Below are positions 9,102 to 18,153 of a DNA stretch of 23,610 nt, piece after piece. Below the pieces are notes generated by a model, which made no database searches, was not told where the DNA came from, and saw nothing but the letters and a program-made list of their open reading frames with translations. Both the position numbers and the translations under genes were made by a program. Origin of the DNA: Candidatus Hodarchaeaceae archaeon. GTDB lineage: Archaea > Hadarchaeota > Hadarchaeia > Hadarchaeales > Hadarchaeaceae. Within the stretch, counting starts at the first letter, position 1. The number at the start of each line of letters is the position of its first letter. The stretch is taken from NCBI GenBank assembly GCA_030018135.1, contig JASEGJ010000018.1:1-23610 (forward strand). Reading direction: 5' to 3'.

Positions 9102-11767
9102 GCATCGCGTCGCGTATGAGGGTGGGCGAGCCCCTCGAGCGGTGGGCCGCGGTCAGGTACGCCCGGCGACCATCCAGCGACGAAGAGAGCTTGGGTTGCT
9201 TGGAGGAGTACGTACGCGAGTGGTTCCACGGAAACTTTAGCGAACTTACCCCTCCGCAGCAGTATTCGTTTAAGCTCATATCGCAGGGCAAGAATGTCAT
9301 AATCACCGCGCCGACTGGCAGCGGCAAGACCTTAGCGGGTTTTCTGGCTATTCTCAGCGACCTCTTCAGGTTGGGTGAGCGCGGCAAACTTCAAGATAGC
9401 GTCTACTGCATTTACATCTCTCCTTTGAAGGCGCTCGATAACGACGTTCGTAAAAACCTGCTGGTGCCCCTCACCCAAATCAGGGAGATAGCTCGAGAGC
9501 GAGGTATAGAACTCCCCGAGGTGAGAATCGCCGTTAGGACGGGTGACGTCCCGCCACATGAAAAGCAGAGGCAGCTTAAACTACCTCCCCACATCCTCGT
9601 CACGACGCCGGAAAGCGTCGCCGTCTTACTAAATGCTCCTAAATTTGTACAGCACCTGAAGACGGTACGATGGGTTATCGTCGATGAAATACATGAACTT
9701 GCAAACAACAAGCGCGGCGTTCATCTCGCCCTTTCGCTTGAGCGATTACGTGAAGAGGTCGGAGCAGAATTTCAACGGATAGGTATGGGAGCCACCCTTC
9801 ATCCGCTTGAGGAGGCAGCGAGATATCTCGTGGGCAGCGATGACGAGGGCAGGCCTAGAAAATGCACGCTCGTCGACGTTAGTTGGTACAAGCCATTTGA
9901 CCTACAGGTCATGAGCCCTGTGCGAGATATCGTTCGAACGAGCGCTGGTCACATAAATGCGGCCCTTTACAGACTTCTCGACAAGCTCATAAGTTCGCAC
10001 ACCACGACGCTCGTGTTCACGAACACGAGAAGCGGCACGGAGCGGGTTAGCTATCACTTGAAGGATCGCTGGCCTGAGCGCTACAACGATGAAACGATAG
10101 GCGCTCATCATGGCTCACTTTCTCGAGATATTCGCTTAGATATCGAGGAGCGCCTGAAGAAAGGTATGCTAAAAGCCGTCATATCCTCGACCTCGCTTGA
10201 GCTGGGCATAGACATAGGCTACATAGACCTCGTGGCGCAGATAGGCTCGCCGAAAAGCGTAACCCGCGCGGTGCAGCGAATAGGGAGGAGCGGCCATAAG
10301 TTCAGGGATGTGGCGAAGGGCAGGATGATCGTGCTCGATCGGGATGACTTGGTCGAGTGTGCAGTTATGCTCAGGTGCGCTGAGCAGCGAAGGCTCGACG
10401 AGATAGATATGCCCTCGAACTGCCTCGACATTCTCGCGCAGCACGTCGTGGGAATGGGGCTGGCCAAAAAGTGGACCGTGCGGGATGCGCTTCGTGTGGT
10501 GAGGCGGGCTTACCCCTATCGCAACTTGGGTGAGGAAGACTTCAAAGCGCTGCTCCACTATCTCGCAGGCCACTACGCATCGCTCGAGGATCGCCGCGTA
10601 TACGGCAAGATATGGTACGACGAAAGCGACGACATGTTCGGTCGACGCGGCAAGTACACCCGCATCATCTACTACCTAAACCTCGGCGCCATCCCGGACG
10701 AGGTCAAGATAGATGTCTATCGGCACCGCGACCGCCGCTACATCGGTGGCATAGAGGAGGGCTTCCTGGAGCGCCTTCGTCCCGGCGATATCTTCGTGCT
10801 CGGGGGCAGGCTCTACAAATTTAGGTTTGCCAGGGGTATGCGATGCTTCGTCGACGATGCACCGAGGGGCGCGGTGCCGACCATCCCATCATGGTTCTCG
10901 GAGATGTTGCCCCTGAGCTTCGACTTGGCCCTTGAGGTTCGGAAATTCAGGGATGAGATGAGGCGAAAGCTCGATCGACGCGAGCCCAAGGAAAAAATCG
11001 TGAAATGGTTGCTAGAGGAATATCCGATGGATGAGAGGGCAGCAAACTCGCTGTATGAATACTTCAGGGAGCAGTACCTCTTCACTCATGGCAAGGTGCC
11101 GGCGAGCGACGAGTTGCTGGTCGAGCGCACCTATGACCTCGAGGGGAGGCGCTACTATGTATTTCATTCGCTTTTCGGGAGGCGAGTCAACGAGGCCCTC
11201 TCTAGGGCGGCCGCGATAATCGCTTCCAATATGCTCGATGCAAACGTGGCCGTTATCTTGAGCGACAATGGATTTGCGATGATGGTCCCGAGCGACAAGG
11301 AGCTAGATATCGAAGGGCTCGTTCGAGAGCTCACGCGCGTCGATCTCGAGGGGCTACTCAAGGCGAACATAAGGCGCACGGAGCTGATGAAGCGCAGGTT
11401 CAGGCACTGCGCGGCCAGAAGCTTTCTGGTGCTCCGAAATTATAAGGGCTACAAGATAAGCGTCGGCAAGCAGCAGCTCAGCTCTCAGACCCTGCTCAAC
11501 GTTACCGAGGAGATCGACTTGAACTTTCCCGTGATAAAGGAAACATACCGCGAGATCCTCGAGGACACGATGGATGTTAAGAAGGTGAAGCTCGTGCTCG
11601 ATTGGCTCAGAGATGGCAAACTCAAGCTCGATGTAATTTCGACGGATGTGCCGAGCCCGTTCGCCCACAACCTCATCGTGCTCGGCGAGGCCGATATCAT
11701 CCTGATGGAGGACCGCAAGAAGCGCCTGCTACAGCTTTATGAGGCCGTGATGAAGCGGATAAAGTAA
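9098..11767 (+). CDS. lhr: Lhr-like SF2 ATP-dependent helicase (Lhr-core size)
   Basis: APTGSGKT, SPLKAL, TTPES, DEIH, HHGSLS, SLELGIDIG, QRIGRSGH, IPSWFSE, PSPFA. Confidence 0.95.
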   Translation: MSIASRMRVGEPLERWAAVRYARRPSSDEESLGCLEEYVREWFHGNFSELTPPQQYSFKLISQGKNVIITAPTGSGKTLAGFLAILSDLFRLGERGKLQDSVYCIYISPLKALDNDVRKNLLVPLTQIREIARERGIELPEVRIAVRTGDVPPHEKQRQLKLPPHILVTTPESVAVLLNAPKFVQHLKTVRWVIVDEIHELANNKRGVHLALSLERLREEVGAEFQRIGMGATLHPLEEAARYLVGSDDEGRPRKCTLVDVSWYKPFDLQVMSPVRDIVRTSAGHINAALYRLLDKLISSHTTTLVFTNTRSGTERVSYHLKDRWPERYNDETIGAHHGSLSRDIRLDIEERLKKGMLKAVISSTSLELGIDIGYIDLVAQIGSPKSVTRAVQRIGRSGHKFRDVAKGRMIVLDRDDLVECAVMLRCAEQRRLDEIDMPSNCLDILAQHVVGMGLAKKWTVRDALRVVRRAYPYRNLGEEDFKALLHYLAGHYASLEDRRVYGKIWYDESDDMFGRRGKYTRIIYYLNLGAIPDEVKIDVYRHRDRRYIGGIEEGFLERLRPGDIFVLGGRLYKFRFARGMRCFVDDAPRGAVPTIPSWFSEMLPLSFDLALEVRKFRDEMRRKLDRREPKEKIVKWLLEEYPMDERAANSLYEYFREQYLFTHGKVPASDELLVERTYDLEGRRYYVFHSLFGRRVNEALSRAAAIIASNMLDANVAVILSDNGFAMMVPSDKELDIEGLVRELTRVDLEGLLKANIRRTELMKRRFRHCAARSFLVLRNYKGYKISVGKQQLSSQTLLNVTEEIDLNFPVIKETYREILEDTMDVKKVKLVLDWLRDGKLKLDVISTDVPSPFAHNLIVLGEADIILMEDRKKRLLQLYEAVMKRIK

Positions 11768-11910
11768 AAGTTGCTTAAACATTACGGCCTCTAGAGTGAG
11801 CCACCCTTGGTACGACTTTGAGAACTATCCCATCGTCCTCTGATGTAAAACTCGTCGTTCTTTTAATTTTTAAAGTAATTACGACATATCGTTAGCTGGA
11901 AGAGGGCCGG

Positions 11911-12174
11911 GTGTGGTTTTTGGAGGAGAAAATTTACCTGGACAAAAATGCGCTCAAAGCGCTAGCTTTTGGTGGAGGGATTCTAGGAGTTTACAGGTTC
12001 GTTGAGGGCATTACCGTCGCACCAGAAGTTCCGGGAGTTCCACCTCCTATTATTCCACCTCAGGTCGTTCATGAGCCGGCATACCTCATCGTAGGTTTGG
12101 CACTGATCTCGATCGGCCTACCGCTTTCATATTTAGGCCTCCGCATCTGGAAAAGAATGCGCACACGTTCCTAA
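11911..12174 (+). CDS. Small membrane protein, possibly an internally deleted membrane-anchored ArsR-type regulator
   Basis: N-terminus EEKIYLDKNALKALA, then a weakly hydrophobic segment, a Pro-rich linker, a transmembrane helix and a basic tail. AT-rich TTTTTAAA box upstream. Confidence 0.5.
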   Translation: MWFLEEKIYLDKNALKALAFGGGILGVYRFVEGITVAPEVPGVPPPIIPPQVVHEPAYLIVGLALISIGLPLSYLGLRIWKRMRTRS

Positions 12175-12432
12175 CTTTATCGTTCGGATAAAACCTAACA
12201 TTTTCGGCATTTTTTTAAATACAAAACAAAAGTCTTTCCTTAATGCGATGAAAATGCTTAACAGGATGCCCTCCTCCAGCTTGATCTCGGCTATGGTTTG
12301 CTTGTCGCACTTTGCTCAACCGAAAGCAAAACGAGAGATCTCTAACAACCACTCAAAAGAGATATTCTCCAAGACGAAATGTAATAATACCATCACCTAC
12401 CATTTTGATACCAGAGGCACGTGAGGGGAAAA

Positions 12433-12840
12433 ATGAAAGAAAAGGGTAAAGTTACTTTATTTCTCTTGGTGATTTTTTTAGCGGTGGTTTTCTTGGGGTT
12501 GTCGTTACTCGAGCTTCGCTTAGGCCTACAAAGAAGGGCACGGTTCTCTCCATCACCCCTTCGAGCTTCTACGTGGGATTATCGACGCATGTTCTGAGGC
12601 GACACTAACGGACGCCGATGGCAACCCGCTGGCGGGCAAAGTTATCGTTTGGTCCTCGATTCCAAGTATCCCGACTGGCTGGGGTCCCGACCCCCAGGGA
12701 AACCCTTTCCCGGTTGAGACCGTGACCGATTCCCCTCGGCCAAGCGTCGATCACCTATAAGTCCCCTCTTGTCGACTCTGAAACCTCCGTGACGATCGTA
12801 GCTGAGTTCGCTGGTGATGAATTGCATGAGGGCAGTACGA
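12433..12840 (+). pseudogene. Membrane-anchored Ig-like (Big_1/invasin-type) domain protein, three frameshifts
   Basis: Stitched reading: MKEKGKVTLFLLVIFLAVVFLG / VVVTRASLRPTKKGTVLSITPSSFYVGLSTHVLR / ATLTDADGNPLAGKVIVWSS...TVTDS / LGQASITYKSP...VTIVAEFAGDELHEGS. Confidence 0.7.
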
Positions 12841-13439
12841 ATAGAAAAAAGGAAGTTGCAATCATCTTGCTGGCCATCGTCATCTCAACATGTCTGTGGC
12901 TTGTACCAGCTATGAGATCGACCCCAGAACCCCTTCTCCTTCCTTCTAAACCGCCTGAAATGGACGAACGCAGCATTGGTAATCCCCTCACGCTCGAGGA
13001 GGTCAAGGAAAGGGCATCGTTTCCCATCCTGATCCCAACTTACGTGCCCGAAGGCATACAGTTAGAGGAAATAAGAGGATTAAGGGGTCACTTGTGGTCG
13101 CCGGAAGACAACCGACTGATCTCAGATAACTCCTATTGGGAATTTCGGTTCTTCTTCTCCAAGGAGAACCTCGTCCTAACCATCAGCCGATCGTACCAAA
13201 AGATGACGCTCGAAGGACTCAAGCGCGCTTTCGTGGAGGAATATCCCAAATACCGCAGGTTAGTCGAAATTAATGGGTCACCTGGCTTCGTCCAAGAAAG
13301 TCACGTCAACCTTGTTGGCGAACAACTACCAGTGTTTTTAGACTGGTGGAACAACGACCTATACCTGAAATTCGCGATCAGCGGTTTTCTTCCGTCCGAA
13401 GAGCTGATAAGGATGGCGGAGTCATTGAGACCCGCCTAA
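12789..13439 (+). CDS. Membrane-anchored DUF4367-like domain protein; its own start appears lost
   Basis: KKEVAIILLAIVISTCLWL anchor, TLEEVKERASFPILIPTYVPEG, VEING-x-x-G, LDWWNND, EELIRMAESL. The first ~17 codons belong to the Ig-like remnant. Confidence 0.65.
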   Translation: MTIVAEFAGDELHEGSTNRKKEVAIILLAIVISTCLWLVPAMRSTPEPLLLPSKPPEMDERSIGNPLTLEEVKERASFPILIPTYVPEGIQLEEIRGLRGHLWSPEDNRLISDNSYWEFRFFFSKENLVLTISRSYQKMTLEGLKRAFVEEYPKYRRLVEINGSPGFVQESHVNLVGEQLPVFLDWWNNDLYLKFAISGFLPSEELIRMAESLRPA

Positions 13440-13446
13440 GTTCCTC

Positions 13447-13948
13447 ATGGGGAGAAAGTCATCTATGGTGGGGGGACGAGCACATGAAACCCTGCACCGG
13501 TCGTTAAAGCGACGCCGGATCGTTGGATTCATAGCATTCGGTTTCGCAGCTGCAGGAGTTGTGGTTTTATGGGGCCATATCCAGAAAAGAGCACCCATCC
13601 CCAGCTCACACTTCCTCCAACAGCCTTGGGTTGAATTACTCCAAGATAACGTAATCTTAGAACCAGGGGAGACAAAAGAGATCTATTGCATCTTGAGAAC
13701 TAAGTACTATTCCGCAAGCGAAAACTGGATCGTGAGCTATACTGGACTCGACGGAAGGCCAGCTTGGCCCGAAGGCATGAGGATCTATGCCCCCATCCGA
13801 AGGTGGGGCCCTACGAAAATGCCTTCATTCCGGTAACCATCGAAACCGACTCTGGGCTCAGACCCGCGTATACGTATTCTATATGGGCAACGATTATTCG
13901 CCGAAATGGCCAGCTAAGCTCACCTTGAAGGTTGAAAGGGCAGAATAG
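13447..13948 (+). pseudogene. Membrane-anchored beta-sandwich protein, probably two frameshifts
   Basis: TM helix and LEPGETKEI. Other frames continue HPKVGPYENAFIPVTIETDSGLRPAYTYSI after the C run at 13790-13794, then AKLTLKVERAE with stop at 13946-13948. Confidence 0.5.
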
Positions 13949-14124
13949 GAAACGGTGCGATGTCGAGCTCGGTATCCCTTGCTGGCTCCGCATTATGAGT
14001 TCCGAGCAGGTAGAGGTGGCCAGAGAATAAGAGTCATTCACTGACTTATTGTTCGTTTGAAAGGAAAACTTTCGGGATAAACCTTTTTTCCAAAAATGAT
14101 GTTACATAAGCATAAGGCGGGCCG

Positions 14125-14883
14125 ATGAAGCTCTGGGACAAAATTGAGATAATTGAGCCTTATCCGGCAGTTTACATCCCCGAGATCGACTCCATCGCGA
14201 TCGCCGACCTCCACTTGGGCTACGAGGGCATCATGGCCGAGCAGGGCATCTTCGTCCCAAAGGTGCAGTTCGAGAAGGAGATGAAGATCCTCAAAGAAAT
14301 TATGGACAAGCAGAAGTCCGGCCGGATCGTCATCTGTGGTGATATCAAGCATGAATTTTCAGAGACCAGCTATCATGAGTTTATCGAAGTTACAGATCTC
14401 CTCACGTTTCTCCGCGGGCATCTCCGGGAGGTCATCGCACTCAAAGGAAACCACGATAACTACCTAATCCGCGTCACTAGGCGCCACGGTATTGCGCTTT
14501 ACGATGAGCTCGAACTTGGCGACTTTTACTTTATGCACGGCCACGAGGTGCCGGAAAGGTTACTGACTGCGGAGGCCACATACATCATCATGGCTCATGA
14601 ACACCCCGCGATCGTACTTTACGATGAGGTCGGCGGCAGGGAGAAGCTCGACTGCTTCCTGTACGGCAATGTCAACGATAAGAAGCTGCTAGTTTTGCCC
14701 GCCTTTTCGACTTTTGCCGAAGGGAGCCAAGTTAACACCATCCCTCGGGAGGAGCTCCTATCGCCCATTCTGAGGGAACTCGTCGATGTGGATAATCTAA
14801 GAGCGATTGGGATAGCCGAGGAGGTAGGCTGCTTGGAGTTTCCGGAGCTTCGGAGGCTCAGACCCCAAGCCTCCAAATTTTGA
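14125..14883 (+). CDS. Second calcineurin-like metallophosphoesterase (same broad MPE family)
   Basis: ADLHLGYE, GDIKHEF, GNHD, HGH, AHEHP, LPAFS, LLSPIL. Confidence 0.92.
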   Translation: MKLWDKIEIIEPYPAVYIPEIDSIAIADLHLGYEGIMAEQGIFVPKVQFEKEMKILKEIMDKQKSGRIVICGDIKHEFSETSYHEFIEVTDLLTFLRGHLREVIALKGNHDNYLIRVTRRHGIALYDELELGDFYFMHGHEVPERLLTAEATYIIMAHEHPAIVLYDEVGGREKLDCFLYGNVNDKKLLVLPAFSTFAEGSQVNTIPREELLSPILRELVDVDNLRAIGIAEEVGCLEFPELRRLRPQASKF

Positions 14884-14897
14884 TACACGTGTATCAA
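14880..14897. promoter_or_regulatory. Perfect 18-bp palindrome, operator-like site copy 2
   Basis: TTGATACACGTGTATCAA; overlaps the MPE stop codon and lies about 85 bp upstream of ORF 14982. Confidence 0.55.
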
Positions 14898-14981
14898 TAA
14901 GAATTTTAGCCGGCGTTTTTAGTCGCCGGGTTTTGGCAGGAGGTTTTAAAGCATCAAAAAAAGACCTTTTCTTGGATAAAA

Positions 14982-15185
14982 ATGGGTGTCGTATTCGGAC
15001 CCGAGGACGCGTTAAAGGGGCGCAAACGGATGCTCAAGAGGGCGGCGCGAGACCTCAGCCCAGCGCACATGGAGCGGGTAGAGGATATCCTCCGCGGATG
15101 GGATGAGAAATCGGAGCAAAGGCTCATAGAGCTTTTGGGCGAGGAAAGGGCCAAGCGACTCCTAAGGGAGCTTCAAATGGAGTAA
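14982..15185 (+). CDS. Small charged helical hypothetical protein, 67 aa
   Basis: ATG-started ORF filling the gap between two AT-rich spacers; protein-like composition. Confidence 0.65.
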   Translation: MGVVFGPEDALKGRKRMLKRAARDLSPAHMERVEDILRGWDEKSEQRLIELLGEERAKRLLRELQME

Positions 15186-15281
15186 AATTTATCCGCGGGG
15201 CAATTTTAAAAAAGCGCCGGGCGAAGCGATTTTCCCTCTAAAGGTTTTTATATAGGCGCCAGCATTAAGGCTCGGGGTGAT

Positions 15282-16658
15282 TTGTTGGCGGATGTCATCA
15301 TAATCGGCGCCGGGCCCGCAGGTCTATTTGCAGCACATGAGATTTCCTCAAAGTCCAAGCTTTCCGTACTCATCATCGACATGGGGCGCGAGATGGACAA
15401 GCGCGCCTGCCCGGCAATGGAGACTGGCACGTGCATTCGCTGCGAGCCCTGCCATATAATGTGCGGCGTCGGCGGCGCTGGCGGTATGTCAAGCGGTACG
15501 CTGAACCTGCGCCACGATATAGGCGGAGACCTCAGCGAGATGGCGAAGGGCACCGCAAAGGCACAAAAGCTCGTGGAGGAGGTCGACGCCATCTTCTTGG
15601 AGCACGGCGCACCAAGGGAGGTTTACGGCGTTGAATCGGAGGAGATCGAGCGGCTGACCAGGCGGGCCGCCGCGGCGGGGGTGAGGTTCATACCGATACC
15701 CCAGCGCCACATCGGCTCCGAATACCTACCCGATGTCGTTAACTCGCTGAAGAAAAAGCTGGAGAAGCAGGGCGTTAAATTCATGTTGAACACGCGGGTC
15801 GAACAAGTTCGCAAGGGCGAGGTGTTGATCAAGGGCAAGAGAGTGCGAGCGAAGTACATCCTCGCCGCCCCAGGGCGGGTCGGCGCGGTTTGGTTCGCTG
15901 AGCAGGCGCGGGCCTTGGGCATAAAGCTGACGCACGGCGCCATAGATGTTGGGGTTCGCGTCGAGGTGCCCGCGGTCGTGATGGAGCCGGTGATCAGGGT
16001 CAGCCGGGACCCGAAGTTCCACATCATAACCAAGACGTTTGACGACTTCATAAGGACATTCTGCGTCAACTTCCAAGGATACGTGATGGAGGAGCGCTAC
16101 GACGACTACGTGGGCGTCAACGGGCATTCCCTGCGCGCCCGCAAGTCGACGAACGCCAACTTCGCCTTTCTGACGCGCGTGGAGCTCACGCAACCCGTCA
16201 CAGACACCACCGCGTACGGGCGCTCGATCGCATACCTCGCTACGACGATCGGTGGGGGAAGGCCCCTGCTGCAGAGGCTCGGGGACCTCAGGCGCGGCAG
16301 GCGCTCAACTTGGCAGCGCATAGAGCGGGGCCATGTCAGGCCGACGCTCAGGAGCGTGACACCTGGCGATATCTCCATGGCTTTGCCGGGTAGGATCGTG
16401 ACAAACATCCTCGAGGGCCTGGAGCGGCTGGACGCGGTCGTCCCGGGGGTTGCGTCGGACTCGACGTTGCTTTACGCACCGGAGGTTAAGCTGTACGCGA
16501 TGAAAATAGCCACGGACGAGCACATGGAGACGAGCGTGCCCGGTCTGTTCGTGGCGGGCGACGGGGCCGGGCTGTCGCGGGGCATCATCACGGCGGCCGC
16601 GACCGGCGTGCTCGCCGCGAGGGGCATACTGCACAAAGCCCATAGGCCTACTCGATGA
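15282..16658 (+). CDS. FAD-dependent oxidoreductase (COG2509-like) with Cys cluster
   Basis: IIGAGPAG, CP-x6-CIRCEPCHIMCG-x-GGAG, RHIG, RTFC, YAPEVK, AGDGAG-x-SRG. GGTGA RBS. Confidence 0.9.
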   Translation: MLADVIIIGAGPAGLFAAHEISSKSKLSVLIIDMGREMDKRACPAMETGTCIRCEPCHIMCGVGGAGGMSSGTLNLRHDIGGDLSEMAKGTAKAQKLVEEVDAIFLEHGAPREVYGVESEEIERLTRRAAAAGVRFIPIPQRHIGSEYLPDVVNSLKKKLEKQGVKFMLNTRVEQVRKGEVLIKGKRVRAKYILAAPGRVGAVWFAEQARALGIKLTHGAIDVGVRVEVPAVVMEPVIRVSRDPKFHIITKTFDDFIRTFCVNFQGYVMEERYDDYVGVNGHSLRARKSTNANFAFLTRVELTQPVTDTTAYGRSIAYLATTIGGGRPLLQRLGDLRRGRRSTWQRIERGHVRPTLRSVTPGDISMALPGRIVTNILEGLERLDAVVPGVASDSTLLYAPEVKLYAMKIATDEHMETSVPGLFVAGDGAGLSRGIITAAATGVLAARGILHKAHRPTR

Positions 16659-17688
16659 CCTCGAGCTTTGAGAGGATTTTCCTCTGCTCGGCAGTCAGCT
16701 CCATTGGGTGCTCTCGCTCCGGGATCCTTATCTCCTTAACCTCGCCGAAGAGCGGGGTTGTGAAGTAGCGGAAGCCGTGGTCGTTCAACATGGTGACCAT
16801 GCGCTTGAGCTCCGGGTGGCGATCGTGGAGTTTGAGGCATGCGGCCACATTCGCCCCGCTCGAAATGCCGACGAAAAGTCCCTCCTCCATTGCCAAGCGC
16901 CTGGCCATCTGAATCGCATCCTCGGAGGAGACTAGGATCACTCCATCGAGGATCGAGATGTCGAAGATGGACGGGATGAACCCATCGCCTATCCCCTCTA
17001 TTCGATGGGAGCCCCAGCGTTGCTTCGATAGGATGGGGCACTCCGCCGGTTCCACGGCGTAGACCTTGATCCTTGGATTTCGCTCCTTCAAGTAGCGCCC
17101 GACGCCGGTTATCGTGCCGGCGGTCCCCTGCGCGGCGACAAAGGCGTCGAGGGCGCCGCCCGTCTGCTCCCAAATCTCGGGCGCGGTGGTCTCGTAGTGG
17201 GCTTGGACGTTCAGCGTATTGTTGAATTGATTTATCCAGAAGTAGCGTTCGGGGTCGAATGATATAATTTCCCTGACCTTTTTTACGACCAGATCCACAT
17301 CGGACTCAGCGCCCGGCATCGTCAATATCTTTGCGCCGTATGCCAGGATGGCCTTCTTCCTCTCCTCGCTCATACCCTCGGGCATGACTATGAGCACCGG
17401 GTAGCCCAGCAGGGCGCCAATCATGGCCGTCGAGATGCCGGTGTTGCCCGTGGTGCTTTCGATGATGGTCATGCCTGGCTTGAGCTTCTCGCTTTCGACC
17501 GCGTCTTTTACGATCTTTAGCAGGATCCTATCCTTCAGGCTTCCGGACGGGTTTAGGAACTCGGCCTTCCCCAACAACTCCATGTCGCGCCCATCCGTGA
17601 TCTTACCGAGGCGCACCAGGGGGGTGAGGCCTATGAGTTCGGTCACGTCATCAGCTATTTTCCTGTGACGTCCCCAATCAGCGCCCAT
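16648..17688 (-). CDS. cysK: PLP-dependent cysteine synthase family protein
   Basis: IGLTPLV, KAEFLNPSGSLKDR (PLP lysine), TGNTG, NQF, GTAGT, IEGIG, GISSGAN. ATG at 17688; TTG 17709 is an alternative. Confidence 0.88.
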   Translation of the reverse strand: MGADWGRHRKIADDVTELIGLTPLVRLGKITDGRDMELLGKAEFLNPSGSLKDRILLKIVKDAVESEKLKPGMTIIESTTGNTGISTAMIGALLGYPVLIVMPEGMSEERKKAILAYGAKILTMPGAESDVDLVVKKVREIISFDPERYFWINQFNNTLNVQAHYETTAPEIWEQTGGALDAFVAAQGTAGTITGVGRYLKERNPRIKVYAVEPAECPILSKQRWGSHRIEGIGDGFIPSIFDISILDGVILVSSEDAIQMARRLAMEEGLFVGISSGANVAACLKLHDRHPELKRMVTMLNDHGFRYFTTPLFGEVKEIRIPEREHPMELTAEQRKILSKLEVIE

Positions 17689-17770
17689 GAAACCGCCCTT
17701 TTTTCCCAATTGAACCGTGACGCATCATATGCATTTTTAAAGTTCTAGCCAAAAATCCTTCGGGGCCGGG

Positions 17771-17983
17771 ATGAAAGTATCGCGGGCAGTCGCGCTTCTG
17801 CCATTGGGCTATCAGATGGGCGATTCAGGCATCGCCAAGGGCATCGTATATTTGCTCATCGCCACAGTTTTGGGCATCATAGTTCTGTTGATCAGGTCTA
17901 AACCTAGGCAGAAAAAACCCCGCGTTTTTCTAGCGGGTGCAGTCGAGGAAAATAGAGGCGAGCGGAAAGCCGTTAAGACGTGA
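17771..17983 (+). CDS. Small single-pass membrane protein
   Basis: One hydrophobic helix (IVYLLIATVLGIIVLLI) followed by a basic tract; TTTTTAAA box upstream. Confidence 0.5.
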   Translation: MKVSRAVALLPLGYQMGDSGIAKGIVYLLIATVLGIIVLLIRSKPRQKKPRVFLAGAVEENRGERKAVKT

Positions 17984-17991
17984 AGCTCACC

Positions 17992-18009
17992 GGTGGGGTC
18001 GCCTAGCTT
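17992..18009 (-). repeat. att-like direct repeat of the tRNA 3' end
   Basis: GGTGGGGTCGCC at 17992-18003 is identical to 23586-23597; the match extends to 16/18 through 18009 and 23603. Confidence 0.75.
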
Positions 18010-18153
18010 CAGATTTTCGCTTGAATTAATGCGCCAAGATTGGGCAAGAATTGGGAATCTCCGATGCAAATTTAGCATGAAAATCGCTCATGCCCACATA
18101 TGGAATTTGGGCAAAGTTTGGGTGTTTCTGGGAGAAAACATGGGGTGTATTTG

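Noticed and set aside
9332-11718. Many antisense or nested ORFs within lhr (likewise in dnaG, the oxidoreductase and cysK)
   Set aside because: Shadow frames of GC-rich genes, without motifs or RBS.
12243-12424. Short plus-strand ORF between the two membrane genes
   Set aside because: No RBS, motif or convincing composition.
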